Assembly: GCA_040954595.2 (NCBI GenBank)
Contig: CM082593.2
Coordinates: 1,957,830 to 2,021,829 of the forward strand
Direction: 5' to 3'
Length of the DNA: 64,000 nt
Origin: Balanoglossus misakiensis
Taxonomy: Eukaryota > Animalia > Hemichordata
Part shown: in pieces, positions 48,539-63,000 of the stretch
How the letters are laid out: each line of letters starts with the position of its first letter
Position numbering within the stretch: the stretch's first letter is position 1
Translations under genes and position numbers: made by a program
Notes under the pieces: generated by a model
Told to the model about the DNA's origin: nothing
The model's input: the letters and a program-made list of their open reading frames with translations, nothing else
Databases searched by the model: none

Positions 48539-50078
48539 TCAAGTGTATGTAAAATATAGATCATAAAGGAGCAGATCAGCTGAACCAGTTTTACATACAG
48601 TGACAAACTGACCTGTTACAGTTGGATTAGAAAGAGAGAGTGAGACTTTGGCATGACTGTTAGTGTTTAGGCCATCAGACTTGTCAAAGTCTACATCCAA
48701 GTGCACAAGCGAGTTTGAAATGTTGCATTTAATCTTGAATTTAAATTTGCCATCGAGTGGCATGCTGCCTGATATGTCACTTGATGAGTGATCAGATAGC
48801 CTGCAATTACCATGGTTACTGATGCTCACCCTGACACCATCTTGGAGTTGCATGTTTCTCAAGCCTGCAGAACAGATCTGTATAATCATGTGCGAACTCT
48901 CACTTGATTCCTGTTCAGAAGATAAAAACTTTCCTTCACCGCAAAGGGTGAAAGTCTGACAACTTTCGACCTTTGTTTGCAAGAAGCAAGCAAAACTTTC
49001 ACCGGTGAATGCTACTCCTTCAGAACTGAAATAAATATGACCTTCACACTTTTCTGAAATAAATTCTTCCCACAGTGCTTTGTCAAAGTTTCTGGACTTC
49101 TGTGGGAAGTGAACTCTAGAGGGTGCTGTACTTTCAAGGGCCTGTTTGAATTCCTGCATATGTGTTTCAGGCAGATCATAAAACATTCTTGACTTGTCGA
49201 CATGGCGACGTAGATGCACAAGCGTTTGCATGTCAACCTGGTAGTGTGGATGAGACCAAACAGTCAGAGAAAAAGTCTCTTTGATCCCTAGCAACCACAG
49301 AAACTGTTCAAGAGAAGATTTTAGCCATCCAGCACCAACTGCAAAAGTGACCTGTTGTGGAAGCTGGTCAACATATTGTAACATCTCAAAGATCATTTGC
49401 CATGAAAATGGTTTGTGTTGGTTTACATCCCATTTACACTGCCAACCAACTGAAAGTGTTGCTGCTGGAAAATTATCTGTACATGTGGAAATAAATTTAG
49501 CAGCATTCACTGGCTCACCCTGGGCATTCGGGCCTTTCAGAACATCAGCATTCAGCCATAGAGGGCGCTTGTCAGCGAGTAGCTTCCCCTTGTAGATTTC
49601 CAGGACTTGGAAGGAGGGTTCCAGGGCTGCAGTTTCCTTGAAGTCAAGTTTGATTCCCTTGTCTGTCTTCAGGGTTTTCTCCATCCATGCGTCCAGGGTT
49701 ATGTCACTGTCTCTTGCGGGTGGATGGGCCATGATGGGTACACCTGACTTGTTGAGCAAAACATCTGCTTCAAGCATACAGCAGCCACCTACAAAAAAGT
49801 TATTTGATTTGATTAAAATGCAATGTCTCTACATGACATGTGATATTTCCTTGTTAACAATCAAGTGCTACTTTCATATTCCCATCAGCATAAAATAAAT
49901 CATAAATACATGTACATGTACTTGCACAAATATGCAAACTTATTGTCAAATAAGTATTAAAATGAGACAAGTGCTTACTTTCAAAGGTTTTATTCAACTT
50001 GTCTTGGCTGTTAACTGCATGGGCCCAGGTTATATCTAATCCGTCCATTCCAGTCTGCAATTCACACACTTCTGCCAT
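48539..50078 (-). CDS. FAM151B: FAM151B/menorin-family (GDPD-like TIM barrel) protein with a C-terminal extension
   Basis: Exon 50078-49979 (DGLDITWAHAVNS) plus exon 49788-48539 (MLEADVLL, PIMAHPP, KGIKLDFK, LWLNADVLKGPN, TLSVGW, SLTVW, FYDLP). Confidence 0.88.
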
Positions 50079-53000
50079 GTTGTGTACAGCAACTGAAAAT
50101 GGCTAACAGAAGTCAAAGTCATGGTGCATCCCAGATATTCCAGAAAGAGCCAGAAACATGACCAGCCCGTGACAGGATAAAAATACCTACTGGATACTCC
50201 AAACTCATAATTAAAGTTCTCCCGGTCCACACTGTATTTGAGCTCTCTGTCGAGTGCCCCCAAACAAGGTGAAGCCTGAAGTGAAGGCGTTCAAAATGCT
50301 TCATGGTACCTGTCGTAAATTCCCTGCTAATGCAACGACGATAGCATTTATCCGCTAGTTAGCTGTCAGAACTGGTTAATGGAGATGGTTACCATAATTA
50401 CCGAGTGTCGTAGTTTACGGCGTTGCTAGTGTTACCATGGTATTGGCAGCTAATTCGAGGACTTCCGGGATGCATCCGAGCACGGTACCAAAAACAGTCA
50501 ATTTGGGCTAGCATCAGATTCAGAATGAGGCTAAATGCCACGACATTGACACTAGCATCAGAATCGGCATCATATTCATCGGATACATAACTCGATCGGC
50601 AAATTACGTGTAATGAGAGTTTTTATGGCTTTACCTCTATATAAAAAGTACTTTTTTACTTAATTTGTATATTATTTATGCTAATGATATAATTTTTGAG
50701 CGTATAACTTTGTTAAATGATAAATGATCAGACGGCATATTGATAATTTCAACTTGGTATGATTGGTACGGTCAAAAATCAAACTCCAATTTTCCAGGAC
50801 TTAACATTTCCAGGAGAAAATTCCTCATTTCCTGGATTTCTGGTTGTTCTTACTGGTCTAAACTGCGACATTTCTCTTTGTTGACACACTCAACTTGCAA
50901 CCAAATCATTTTTTGTTCAAAGTAAAAATTTATTCAACTGCATAAAAGCTGAGCCACAGAGTTTCCAAGTTTTCTCAGAGACAGTACAAATAAAAAAAAA
51001 ATGCTATATAACAATCAACAAATTAAAAAAAAATTAAATTCATTAAATTGAAAAGGACATGATGATACTAATATACTGAATCCAGAATTTGACAGTTAAC
51101 AATTTTTTTATCTCCCCTCGAAATGGGACAGTTGGATTGAAATAGTTCATTTTGGAACACAGTGACCAAACAAACATTATTTAAGAACGTGTATATAATG
51201 AATCACAGTCTCTCCACACAGACTGTGAGTGAATGGAGTCTAAAAAAACATTTAATACATATTTGCATTTGACAAAACTTCCTTTGGACGTTGCTGGTAT
51301 TTGTCACACAAAATTAAGTAGTATCAGAAAGAAACATTCTTTTCTTCATTAAAACTGGTAAGTTGATCAAAGACATATTTGAGTTTGACTCTAATTTTAT
51401 AAATGGTTCATTTTATTATGGCCTTCTTGAAGAATGTTACAAGTTAAGATATATATTGATTTGGCATAATCAGAAAATGAAATTCTTTTTCATTAATCTA
51501 TTTCTGAGAGAGTGAAAGCTTGTTTCGTAAGGTGTTTTCCAAGTAAAAAAGAGCACAGAATTTGACAGACCATGATAACACTGCCAATAACAAGTATTGT
51601 TAAATTTTGCAAGTTGTATATGGAAGATGCAAGCACCTTATGCCTCTGCTTTCAGGGGGAACTAACATAAGGCGTTTCCACACACAAAGTTACCACAAGA
51701 TAAACTTTGAAGAAAACAACAACAGCTTTAAGTATTGGTTGTATGGCTCTGGTGTGACTTTTAACACAGCGATGACAGTCAGCGGTCTCCCATCAAGGTG
51801 GTTGACATTTTCCTCTTTATATGTCTTCATATAATTATGTGCATTTTATTCTGTGAATTTTTAATTTAACAACACAATGTTGACAGCCACTATGGAAGTT
51901 AATAATTGTGGCACTTTTGAGGCTCGATGACAACACAAACACAAAAATTACAATGTCAACCTTGTTGACTGAACTGCTGTTAAACTATTAAACAGTACAT
52001 TTTTAAGCACGATTTCAGGTTATACAATCTCAGCTTGAAAAACCACAAGGCTACGCGAGAGTGCATCAGTTTTGATGGGGCGGCCATCTTGGATCACTGT
52101 GACCCTTCAACCTTGAAATTTGCATACATTATCAGTTTCTGAACATTCACATCGAAGTGCTCGACACCCATCACTTGATTGGAAGACAGTCTGTCTACTG
52201 AAGAGACAATAATATTATCTTTTGCGGAACAGTAACACAGAAATCAAAGAGTAGAAAACTTGCCTCAAACATGGAATCGGTTTTCATTTGGAATATAACA
52301 CATCAAATACAATAACTTTGCGATAATTTTTTAACTTATAATAAGTCTTTAGAGAAAAATTTCAGATCACTCAATGCATGATTTGTGGTTGAATAACGAG
52401 GTTAAATTTGTCAACTGCCCTGGACCTGCTGTTTAGTGCTAGAGAATGTACCCCTAATCTGTAGGTCATTACCACAACAAGCAAGTCAAAGTGGTGTCAA
52501 AGCATGTGGTTACCACTAGAGGATCTAGTACCAGTAGGGTTGCATTGAATATTAAGTCTCATGGCAGAATTCGACCTTAACTAAACACTCTTCATAAATC
52601 AATTTATAAAACAAATATTTCATTACTTAGGCAATGCTTTTAAGCTTTCTGGCTGGCTAATGTAAGGGACAAAAATTGATAATCAACTAGTGAGACCAAT
52701 TATCTGATCGGTAACTTCTGAATACTATAGCCAAAATCTGCTCTTTGGTCACTTCTCTCATAAATTACACTCTCCATTTTGATTGGCTGAATCAAGCATA
52801 TCTACTGATCCCACCATGAACACTGATTGGTCAAAATCATTTTAATCACCGGCCACATAACTGACCTGAATTTTAACTCTGATTGGTTGATTTTCACGAT
52901 TTGAATTTGGAACTTGAACTCTGATCAGTCAGTTTGAATACCACTCAATAACGTCAGCAAAGAGCTGTTAAAAACTTGGATGAATTTTAGATCTCTAAAC

Positions 53001-54041
53001 ATGTCATGGACGCAAAATCCAAAAAAGGGGAATCTCGAAAATAGACCACCTCCTCGATGATCAACTAACTCCTGAAAGGGTCTGAAATACCTCTCGCTAG
53101 TAAATACAAAATTATCGGGCGTCAAATAACAAATTTTAAAGAAACCGTTCTTGAGAATACTGAAACAAAATATTTAAACTTATAATAATAATAATGTACT
53201 CAATTATGTTTCATATATACTAGGTAAAATTGAGACATCAGAAAGTTTTTATACTTCATCCTATTTACAGAAATGCAACGAAACATAATTTTTCATCATT
53301 TTTTTATAAAAAGAAAAGAAAAATAGAAAGTAGCATTCCACATTAATGTCACATAATTTCAGGTACAAGTTAGGGGGCGCTCTTTATAGCTCCCTAAGTA
53401 CATTGTCTTGTGTGTTCTTCTCTCAGCTGACCTCGTGTTGGCATGGCAACAGGAGGCAGGAGTTATTGCAAATCGTAAAGAGTCTGCATCGTAACAGTTC
53501 GCAGAAATCCAGTTTCCAGCTTGTCATTGATTCTGCTTTGCAAACAAACAAAAAAAATAAAGGATTTCAAATCCTCCTCACTTCCAAGCATTTATAAAAT
53601 GACCAAAATTATATAAAAATTCAACTTCAATAAGTATTGGTCACATAGAAACATCTGATTCTGTATGACATCCAAGAATAAATATACTTTCCCAACACCT
53701 AGTAAGTTCCCTGTATTTTTATGATACATCTATACTTTTTTATCTTCATTCTAAAACCCTGTTTGTATACATTTTCACAGGCATGATGTAAATATATCTT
53801 GGTCTGGAATTTTAAAGCACTCTGCAATCAGAAATATTTCTTTGCTGAAGAGTTCCAACCTGTAAACTGGTTTACATTCACTCAATCAACATTTCTATCA
53901 TTCCGTGAGAGACAACTTTCTTACAGATTTTTTTTTCACAAAAAATATATCTCTCTCTTCAATAACATCATAGTCCTTCTCACTCCCCTCCCTCCTCAAA
54001 CTTGTCTTTCACCATGGCAATGGATTTCCATGGTAATCATG

Positions 54042-57000
54042 CTACCAACAAGATCCGTGATAATTTGTGGCATTGCTGTGATGCTGGTTCTGTTCAAGAT
54101 TTGACGGGGTGTCCACAATGAATGGTTTCTTCTGATTCTTGGTCAGATCTGAAAAATTGCAAGAAAAAGACGGTTATACTTTTCAGTCCACAACAACCAG
54201 GACCTAGACACAGTATGATGATGATGATTTCCTTGTGATCTGATTGGTCAATACATACCTGAAATGGCCAATAGCATTTTCCGCCTGGCACCAAATGTTG
54301 TGATGCCCAGTTCTTTCAAATCTTGATCGCTTAACGTGAGGAAAGTTTGCAGGTCAATCTGGAAAGGAAAATATGGAGTGAAGTCTTGAGTTTCTTCATA
54401 AGGGCTATAGAAAAACTTATCACTACCAGTCTACAGGAATAAAAATTGATAAGCTGAACACCGATTTCTGAGAAGTTCTGCATTTACCTCCTGTTGCTGG
54501 AATACATCTGTGTATTTTCCTAACCCCAATTTACTGAACAAATCTGGCAGGTCAGGTTTGGTGCTTGTTGATGTCGACCACAGCCCCTTGGTTGCTGACG
54601 GTAACGACGTTCCATCAATGTAACTACTGGCACTGAGTTCAGCTGTAAGAGAACACGAAGTTAATAAAACTGAAAATCAAATTGAATTTGAGTAACAAGA
54701 AATCCCTCTGACTTTCCCGAGATATACTTACATCGTCGCCGCCTGGCTGGGTATTCTCCAGGAGCTGCTGATGTTGGCATTTTGGAGGATTTATCAGGAG
54801 GCCAGCAACTACTACTTGTGCCATTGTGTGGTGTGTCACTATTGTGCATTGTCGTTGAGTCTTCCTCTGGTAAACACTAGAAGGGTAAAGAGTGCCAAAA
54901 TACGGGTACAACGTTATTGCTCAAACTAGATTGTCATAGAACCAGAAGCAATGGTTTATATTATATTCAGTTCAGAGTCATTTGAATGAAGAACAACTTA
55001 TCAACAGCCTCAGTAAAGAAATATTTTACACAACTGTATGATAACTCACAGTTCGATCCAGTCCTGTTCCGGTACCATAGGGAAGGATATTGTTATTCCT
55101 TTTCCTGGCTTCCCTGATGACAGCTTCAGGCATGGATCTGGAGAAGCCAAGACCACTCCACATATCGGTCGGCGTTCTCACTTCGGATCCAAGCGGTCTC
55201 TTTTGCATAGCTGCGGGAGGTGCAAAAAGTAGCCACCATTAATGTCAATATCGTGGTAACTATGACAGAAGATTCATTTTTCAGGAAATGAATTTGGAAA
55301 CTTGCATGATGAAGCAAGGAGTACAAAGTTCTTAAGTTTAGACTTTAATACTAACCTTTTGTGGCCATCAGTTTTTTCAATTCGTAGTCAATAGCAAACG
55401 GTGACTGCCCCGAGAGGGACATATAGTGATGTTGTTGTTCCATCTGTTGCTCCATCTGTTGTCGTTGCTCTCTTTCACGTTCACTTCTCTCAGCACCTGG
55501 TGCCCTCTTGTCTGAGCAATCACTGTCGCCAGATTCCGACGACCTTCGGTCATTAGTACTGAAAGTATAAAGGTCAGATCAGTTTGTATACATCATGCAA
55601 TGAGTGAAAGAAAGATACCATATTTGTTAACAGTTTTGCTTTAGAGAGATTTTACTCAACATGTTCCCATTCAACATCCAATGCTGACAGTTACTCAACT
55701 GTAGAAGTGTAGGTGATCACACAACATTAAGTTACTCACTGGAATGGAATATTCCTGATCCCCGACAGCAATGTCACAGTCTGTTTCTTGGAAGATGGCG
55801 GTGTAGAGTTGACCGCCAGGACGGAGTTCATGTGATCTGTGATTGAGTTTGTAGTACTGCTGCCGGTCGTGGTTTGCAGGGATTGCCGGGGCAAGAGAAC
55901 ATCCACAAAGCCTCTGCCAGACTTCAACGTGCATATATCAACTGAAACACAGAAGCATTTGTCACGATAAATTGAACAGGATGCAAATGACAACCTTCCA
56001 AACCAACATCCAAAACAATACCTGTACATGGAGCAGAACAACATCTAGATTTCATCAAATGAAAATGTCAAAAGATTCTGTAATGTATAATTGAACCTAC
56101 TATCATTATTATTCATTGGAGAAGTTAAGAGAAAATTGGTTGGACTTGTTGATGGACTTCCACTGCTGCTGCTCTGGTTACTGCTCATACCTGTCAAAAA
56201 TGAAAAAAGGTTTCTTGTCAATATGAAATAAAACAAATATGTCTCACAATCTCAACATTATCACCAAGTTTGCATCCATTTTCTTTATTATAAAAAGAAC
56301 TGAGGGAAATATTCAGGAAATTCTGGTACCTTTCTCAATTTTTTCCTGTGAGGGCGTAGGCACACGAACAAAGGCACTCTGTGAGTTGTAGAAGGACGAA
56401 TCAACTGTCGACGGACTGGAATGTTTTGCAAAATCTGTTAGATGGCTCAGCTGGTTAGCATGGGTGTCGAGTGGCGTGAGTCCAGGGGGTGGGGAGGGGG
56501 TTGTGTAAGGGGTGGGGCCAGGTGCTAACAGTACTGTGTTCAGTGGTTGTGTTACAAAGATTGGAGTCACTGGGTAACCTGAAAAAGAAATGTTATGATA
56601 AGTTAAATGAAATGTCGAGGCAGCCAAAATATGGGCTGCAATCATATAGAACTAACAGATTACTACAGGTTATATTGCATCATGAAATTCGACCAATTAT
56701 TGGCCATTCTGAATAACACAATAAATGACATGGAATCGACCATTCAGGACAAGGGAAGTTCTCTCACCTGTGGGTCCCGTTGGTGATGACGGAGTCCAGT
56801 GATTTGGACTAGTTGTACCTGAGTTTTGTGGACTTTGTAGAGGACTTATGTGTCCATTGACGGAGAGGATATTTGGTGTCGTGCTCACACTCAGTGCACT
56901 TCCCCCAAACAAACCTTGGAAAGGCAAAAATAAATAAAAAAGTTAGATTTTCATGTAATCAGGCATCTTCAGCAGAGCCAGCAGAAATGAAATGTCGGCC

Positions 57001-60000
57001 ATATTGAATGGAGTTGAGAATCGTCAAAGATAGACCTGAAAGTACTAGACTGATTTGCATATGCACTTACCAAGACTGTTGAGACTATTTAGTCCAAGTC
57101 CATGTGATATTAGAGTGTCACCTATACTAATGGCTGGTGTTGATGAAGATGATGATGATGTCAGTGAAGTCAGGGATGTGAGATTTTCTGGATCCATGCC
57201 GAGAAGGATCTGCCTTGCTCTGTACATATTACCTGCATTCCGTTCCACACTTTTCACAATGACAGACTAGAAAAGAAATTGTATACATGTATTGCAAAGC
57301 TGCTTTTCAACCAATATAAAAGCATCAAAGATTACTCAAGTTTGTGATGATAGTTGTATGTCTTACCTTGCTAGGTTGCTTTGGTTTGGGTTTGATGCTG
57401 ATAAAGACATCAAGTTGTTCCATGAGGTGTGTAGTCTTTGGCTGGTCCACCTCAATATCCTCCTTCATGTCGAACATCAACACCAGCGGTAAACAGCCCT
57501 GTAATTTTGTGGACAGGTTAAATGAATGTCAAAATATGCAGATGTCAGTTAGCTTTTCAGACTTTTCCTGTAGTTGGTATATATACAGGCTTGTTACTGG
57601 TAAATACTCGGAATACCCACTGTTAATAAGCTCTTTCCCCTGACAATACATTGCATCATTCTACCCCCTTACTTACTATGAGAAAATCTCTGGCCAATAT
57701 GACTGAATCTATGCTCCCGGAAATGAAGACGGTACTCTTTCTCGGCGAGGAGTTCGGATCGGGAAAATGGACACTAGCTCCTGTCTGTTGCATCAACTGT
57801 TTTATATTCATGCCACTTCGACCAATCATGAAGAGATGGTGCTGGGGGGCTATTTCAAGCTGCATACTAACAGGTACTGTTGTCTGTCATACAAAAAAAA
57901 ATTATATTGGTTACCAGGGTTTTCTTGTTTGATTCTTCTGGGTATACCATTACAAGACTATGGTACCATTAATTACAAAACACGACACAATGTTCCTCAG
58001 ATGTACTGTTATGTCATTTGCACATATTATGATGTCAAATGTGTATACTGTGGTATCATTTGCAGTCTGTGATGTCATTTCTGTATACTGTGGTGTCAAT
58101 CAACAGCACTGCAACTGCTTCTCTTACCCCGACTGTTCCAGTGAGATGTTCAATCAGACGAGCTGTGGCCTCCTTCAGTGCCGGCACATTATTGACGCAT
58201 CCTCGGACAATGGCAGTTGTGATGTACATGCGCGGACGTTGCTTGAACGAGACAGAGACGTTGTACGTCTGCACGATCTGCTGAATCGTCGGTGAGTTGA
58301 TGTCAGGAACTGGTTGTAGGGCACCCGTAATAGGCAGTTCAAACATGATGGTTAATGGCAGCAATTCCTGCATAGGTAATGAAAAAGCCACAATGATATC
58401 AGCAATTTTCAATTTGATTAAAAAATAATCATTTCATAAACAGCACCCAGCTATTTATTAATGTTTGAAAATTTGTCAGGTTCTGAGTGAATACAATATG
58501 TATGTTCAAGACAAAAGCAAGTCCTGAAAGACTTATTGAAAAATCCTGATCAATATTCTCACCCTAATTTTCCTTCTGGCTTGTTCAACTCCATCTGGTT
58601 GTCCAGCTATTGAAACCTGTAAAGCACATAATAATCTTCCCATAAATATTTTATGAAATACAATTTCCACTGCATTGTATTTTTTCACCAGCTAGTTGCA
58701 GAACTTTCTTCAATATATTAAAACACTTATTACCAAGACACCAGTGGATAAAACACTGACCTGATTGCTTTTTTCTGCCTGGGTTCCTCTGTTGGAATCT
58801 GGGAAATGTATATGGCATCCAGTGTCTTGCATCACTTTTTTAATATTATTGCCACCTTTACCGATCACATGTGAGTGATCTGTGTACGACACGTCCATTT
58901 TGAGAGTTAGTCTGTTACTCTAGAGAGAGAAAGAAAAAACAAAGAATCCATATGAAACTGATTTTGAAAACTTATGGAAACTTACAGATGAGTATATACA
59001 CAGAACATAAGACAAACTGCTGAACTTTAACAACCACGGTTACACTTAGTAAAAATAAACGAACTATTTTTAAAACTTGTTGCATGATGGCGCTGTTGAG
59101 AACCAGTCTTGCATTCTTGAATGTAACTTCGCAGAAGACAAATACCCTTCTGTGTCTTTAAGCCTCTTTTGTCCTCCGAGCGATGACCAAATTATTTTTA
59201 CCCAGAGCTAATTTAAACATCGTGATTGAGTTTTCTTCCCTCAAAAGATTTGCCATGTCTTTGAATCTTACGCTATTCACAACTAATTCCTTCTTAACAT
59301 CGGCTTATCGCTAATTTTGCAGCCCAGTGCACCGATAAGACTTGTTGTGCTCGAACATTTTACAGAAGCCATTCAAACAGGACTTTGTTTACATTTGAGT
59401 ATGTCATTCTACAAACAGTAACTTTCTGTTCATCACTGGACAGGCAACAATTAGTTATTCTTCGTCGGTCTCTCCTTGCTTTTCTACAGAATTCTTTCAG
59501 CTAGATTTTTTTATCATTTTCATGGCTGCTTTCCAACATAACTCATTGTTGACGCTCTGCTCTTCAAGGAGAGTAAAGTGGATATCAGCCAAACAACATT
59601 ACACAGTGCCTCTCTTCCGCTGTCACCTGTTTTTACTGATCACTCAAGAACAACGCAGTTTGGGAAACCTTGGATATTTCAACACTTCACTTAATCGACT
59701 TAATTTGTTTTTTCGGACTTAAATAACACGAACTGCTTATAAGATATCGTATTTCAAATTGGTTGTCTTAAACATTTAAATGTGTACTTCATAGCAGCTT
59801 TTGCAGCATATTGAAGGTTTTAGATGTCATCCACACTCGATGAGATACTGTTACCAATTTGTAATGCTTCCACTGGATCACTCTACATTGGTAAAACCCT
59901 TCACTGAGTGAAACCTCCCGAGCACTATGTTTTCAATCTGTCACACCCCCCCCCCCACACACGCACACTAAAGTACATGGGTCTTCACTCTTGATTTACC

Positions 60001-60097
60001 CATTCCAACTTTCTTACCTTTGTGTCTAAGACCGCCATAATTTTTTCTTTGGCTGCACTGACGTTCGGTGCTTTTCCAATAACTTTGATATGTGGAT
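54042..60097 (-). CDS. BICC1: Bicaudal-C RNA-binding protein (KH + SAM); 5'-partial, upstream exons not found in this window
   Basis: DPHIKVIG; KH motifs DHSHVIGKGGNNIK and HHLFMIGRSG; KSVERNA; EVRTPTDMWSGLGFSRSMP; SAM domain LFSKLGLGKYTDVFQQQEIDLQTFLTLSDQDLKELGITTFGARRKMLLAI; stop at 54042. Long AT-rich 3'UTR, possibly to ~50930. Confidence 0.93.
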
Positions 60098-63000
60098 CTG
60101 AAACAAAAATGGATTTATCAGTATGGAAAATCCATCGCAATGTCAACTTGTATGTGACAAACAATTTGAGAAATGTCTTAGTTTCACCCTCTTATCTACA
60201 CACATGAATAATTTTCTTTGTGTATTAATGGTGAAATCTTACGGGCTGTAATGTGAGGGCATAAAGAAGAGAGCTGATCTCTGTGCTTGGATGGGTTTTG
60301 AGTCACCCACAAAGTGACATCAAGATGTTTGCTTGGTGAGTTTATTTTCGCTCTACTTGCTTCGGACATAACCATGCAATATGTTTAGTGACTGGAACGC
60401 CCCTGTTGGTTGCTTGAAGGGGCCTCTCTCCTCTGAAGAGCCTTGTCTGAGTTTCTCTTGTGACTTTTTTGAGGTCAGGTGAGTGGATACAATGCAAACT
60501 TTACTCAAATGGAAGGTTTTTTTTCGGGGGACTGTGGACCAGGGAACTGTGACATGGTACACATTGCATTTGTTCGGTACAAGAAAAACTGCATTATGGG
60601 TAACAAGAGTTGTTGCACGATACTGGAATATAACAAGCATTAAACATGAAACTGGTTTTCTTGAGTACAGACAAAGCTACCAAAACACTGAGCCAAGTAA
60701 ACCACACTTAATAATTTTGACACAATGACATTTAGATCAGGCGATTCAACTGTTTCATTTGGAACTAGCTAACATCTCTAGTAATCTCTAGGATTTTTAT
60801 GTGCATCCATGAAAATCCCAAACCCCTGTAAACTTTCATGGGCTACGAAGAATAATCTCCCCAACATCGGTTTCCGTAATAATTTTTTTCTGAACAATTT
60901 GAAGAGCAAAACCATAAACCACCCAAGAGAATCCAATGCATCCATTAAAATCATAACTTGGATATCAAAACACACATCCAATGATTCTATTACATATTTC
61001 CTGTGGAAAGGGGTGCTTATTGTCTGTCATCAACTATGATGCTCCATTTTCGAGATTCACATTCATTAAAATATGGATTTATTTATCTCTTTAGTGTGAC
61101 ACACACATGGGAGTTCATTTCGACAGCTATTATGAAAAAAAAATGTTCAAAATATTTTTGTTGGAAGATAGTATATAAAGACTCCGGTACTAAGAGCCTA
61201 ATCTTTTTTGACTCAACAAGAAATCATATCTGCAGTCATGGCGCCAGGTTTTACGGCCAATTTATCGTAAAATATCAAATCCCTGTCTCGTGTTTAGAAG
61301 AGCATTTGACATGCTTGGGTCAAAGGTCAGTCATGGTTTCATCGTGGGCGCGAGATCAGACCGATGCTGGTGGCAAACATGTAAACCCTTCAAGAGATCG
61401 AATGTTATAAATATTTGTCGGGAAGATTAGTGACTTCTGTAACAGAGCACAGGCTTCCCCTCTACCACACGCTGAGTCCTCGCTAACTGCTTGACACTTA
61501 TTTCAGTGATTTTTTCAAACAAATCATCTCAGGATGGACAGAGGTCACGACGGACTGATAATCTTTGGTCAAAGTTCACAAGTGTTATGTTGTCCACAAG
61601 ATTAAAACTAGCAAAAAAGAATTTTGCATTCGTATCATCTTTGGAGGTTCTCTCTTTCTCATGTTCTCTCTTTCTCATCCAGTAGTTCAAAAGACTTCAA
61701 CTGGACATCATGTGGGTTTCTGAGAAAAACCCTAACAACTTGCCAGCCAATGATAAGCTATCATCTTTCCAAGGATTTCAAAACAGTCACAATGGATAAC
61801 TTTAGAATAAACAGAAACTACACAAATCATTTTTAAACTTACACTGATATCCACAGGAAATATTATATCAAACCAGCTCAAATTGAATCCGACAGCCGAT
61901 ATAAAATCAACGTTTCGTAAAGTTTCAACTTTTGATGTTTTCTTTCGGAACCTGCTTGTTTATTTTCAGAATAAACTAACATAGCTATTAGTAGTTTTTT
62001 GCTAAGTTAACAGTAACAATTCCCTTGGGTAATATTGACACTGACACCTATAATGTTACATATGACAACATCTGGATGGCATTGTGGGCCAATCTGTGCC
62101 CTACAGCCAAAGAGAGCGAACATTCTTATTCTGAACTTCACGTTTCTCTGATATCATCCAGTTGGTACTAATAGCCTTGCCACTGGACATTCCGGGCTAT
62201 AGGGACAAATTTGGCCCGGAATCTGAGACACGCTGGGAAAAAATCCACATGAACAATCAGAAACAAGGACCTTCTCTCAGCTCAAAGGAAATACTGGTGA
62301 TTTTTGAAGTGCATACATTTTTCCCCCCGAAGCAGTTTGTAGACGTAACTTGATTGTGAACAACAATGCCATAACTTTATACAAGGTGGCGGGGAAATTC
62401 TCATAAAAACGAGAATTTTATATTCAACTGTTGACTTCTTGCGAGACAACTGTGAAATCTGGGTCAAATATCCTCAACACTGAACCTGAGCGCAATGCAT
62501 GATGGGTAAACATGTCCCATTTTCCAACAAGAACGGGGAAAAATATTGTCACTGCCAGTTACACTGAAACCTGAAAACAAAAAAAAGACAGTTCCCTAGG
62601 GTACACATTTTCTGAAGAATGGTTATCGCTTTATTTTTGATACAATAATAGTATTACCTACGATAATTTAAAACAAAAGATAAACACTGGCACAGCGGAG
62701 ACAGTTTTACAGTACAATTTAAAACTAAGATGAACAGCCACTGTCTAATATTTCATCCTTGCTATTTATAAACACTTGGTCTGTGAAAGGGTTAAAGAAA
62801 GAATTTGCCATACAGCACCGTTTTGTTGCTTTGAAAGACAACTTTAGCAGTATGCCACTTTGGGTGGATTTCAAGTGGCCTCACTCAATAGTTTGGCAAC
62901 CTGTTGAGTAAAACTTCTGAGAACAGCAGACCACAATTCTCCCCAGTTTCCATTATCCAGTCCTTAATTGCCAATTGTCACATTTTGTCAATCTCCAATC

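Noticed and set aside
50119-50304. 61-aa ORF upstream of FAM151B
   Set aside because: It appears to lie in a 5'UTR intron (donor CAG|GTACCA ~50308, acceptor ~50093); no recognisable homology.
52770-52890. Repeated GATTGG/CCAATC motifs (also at 7140-7195)
   Set aside because: They lie in 3'UTRs, are short and degenerate, and have no supporting promoter evidence.
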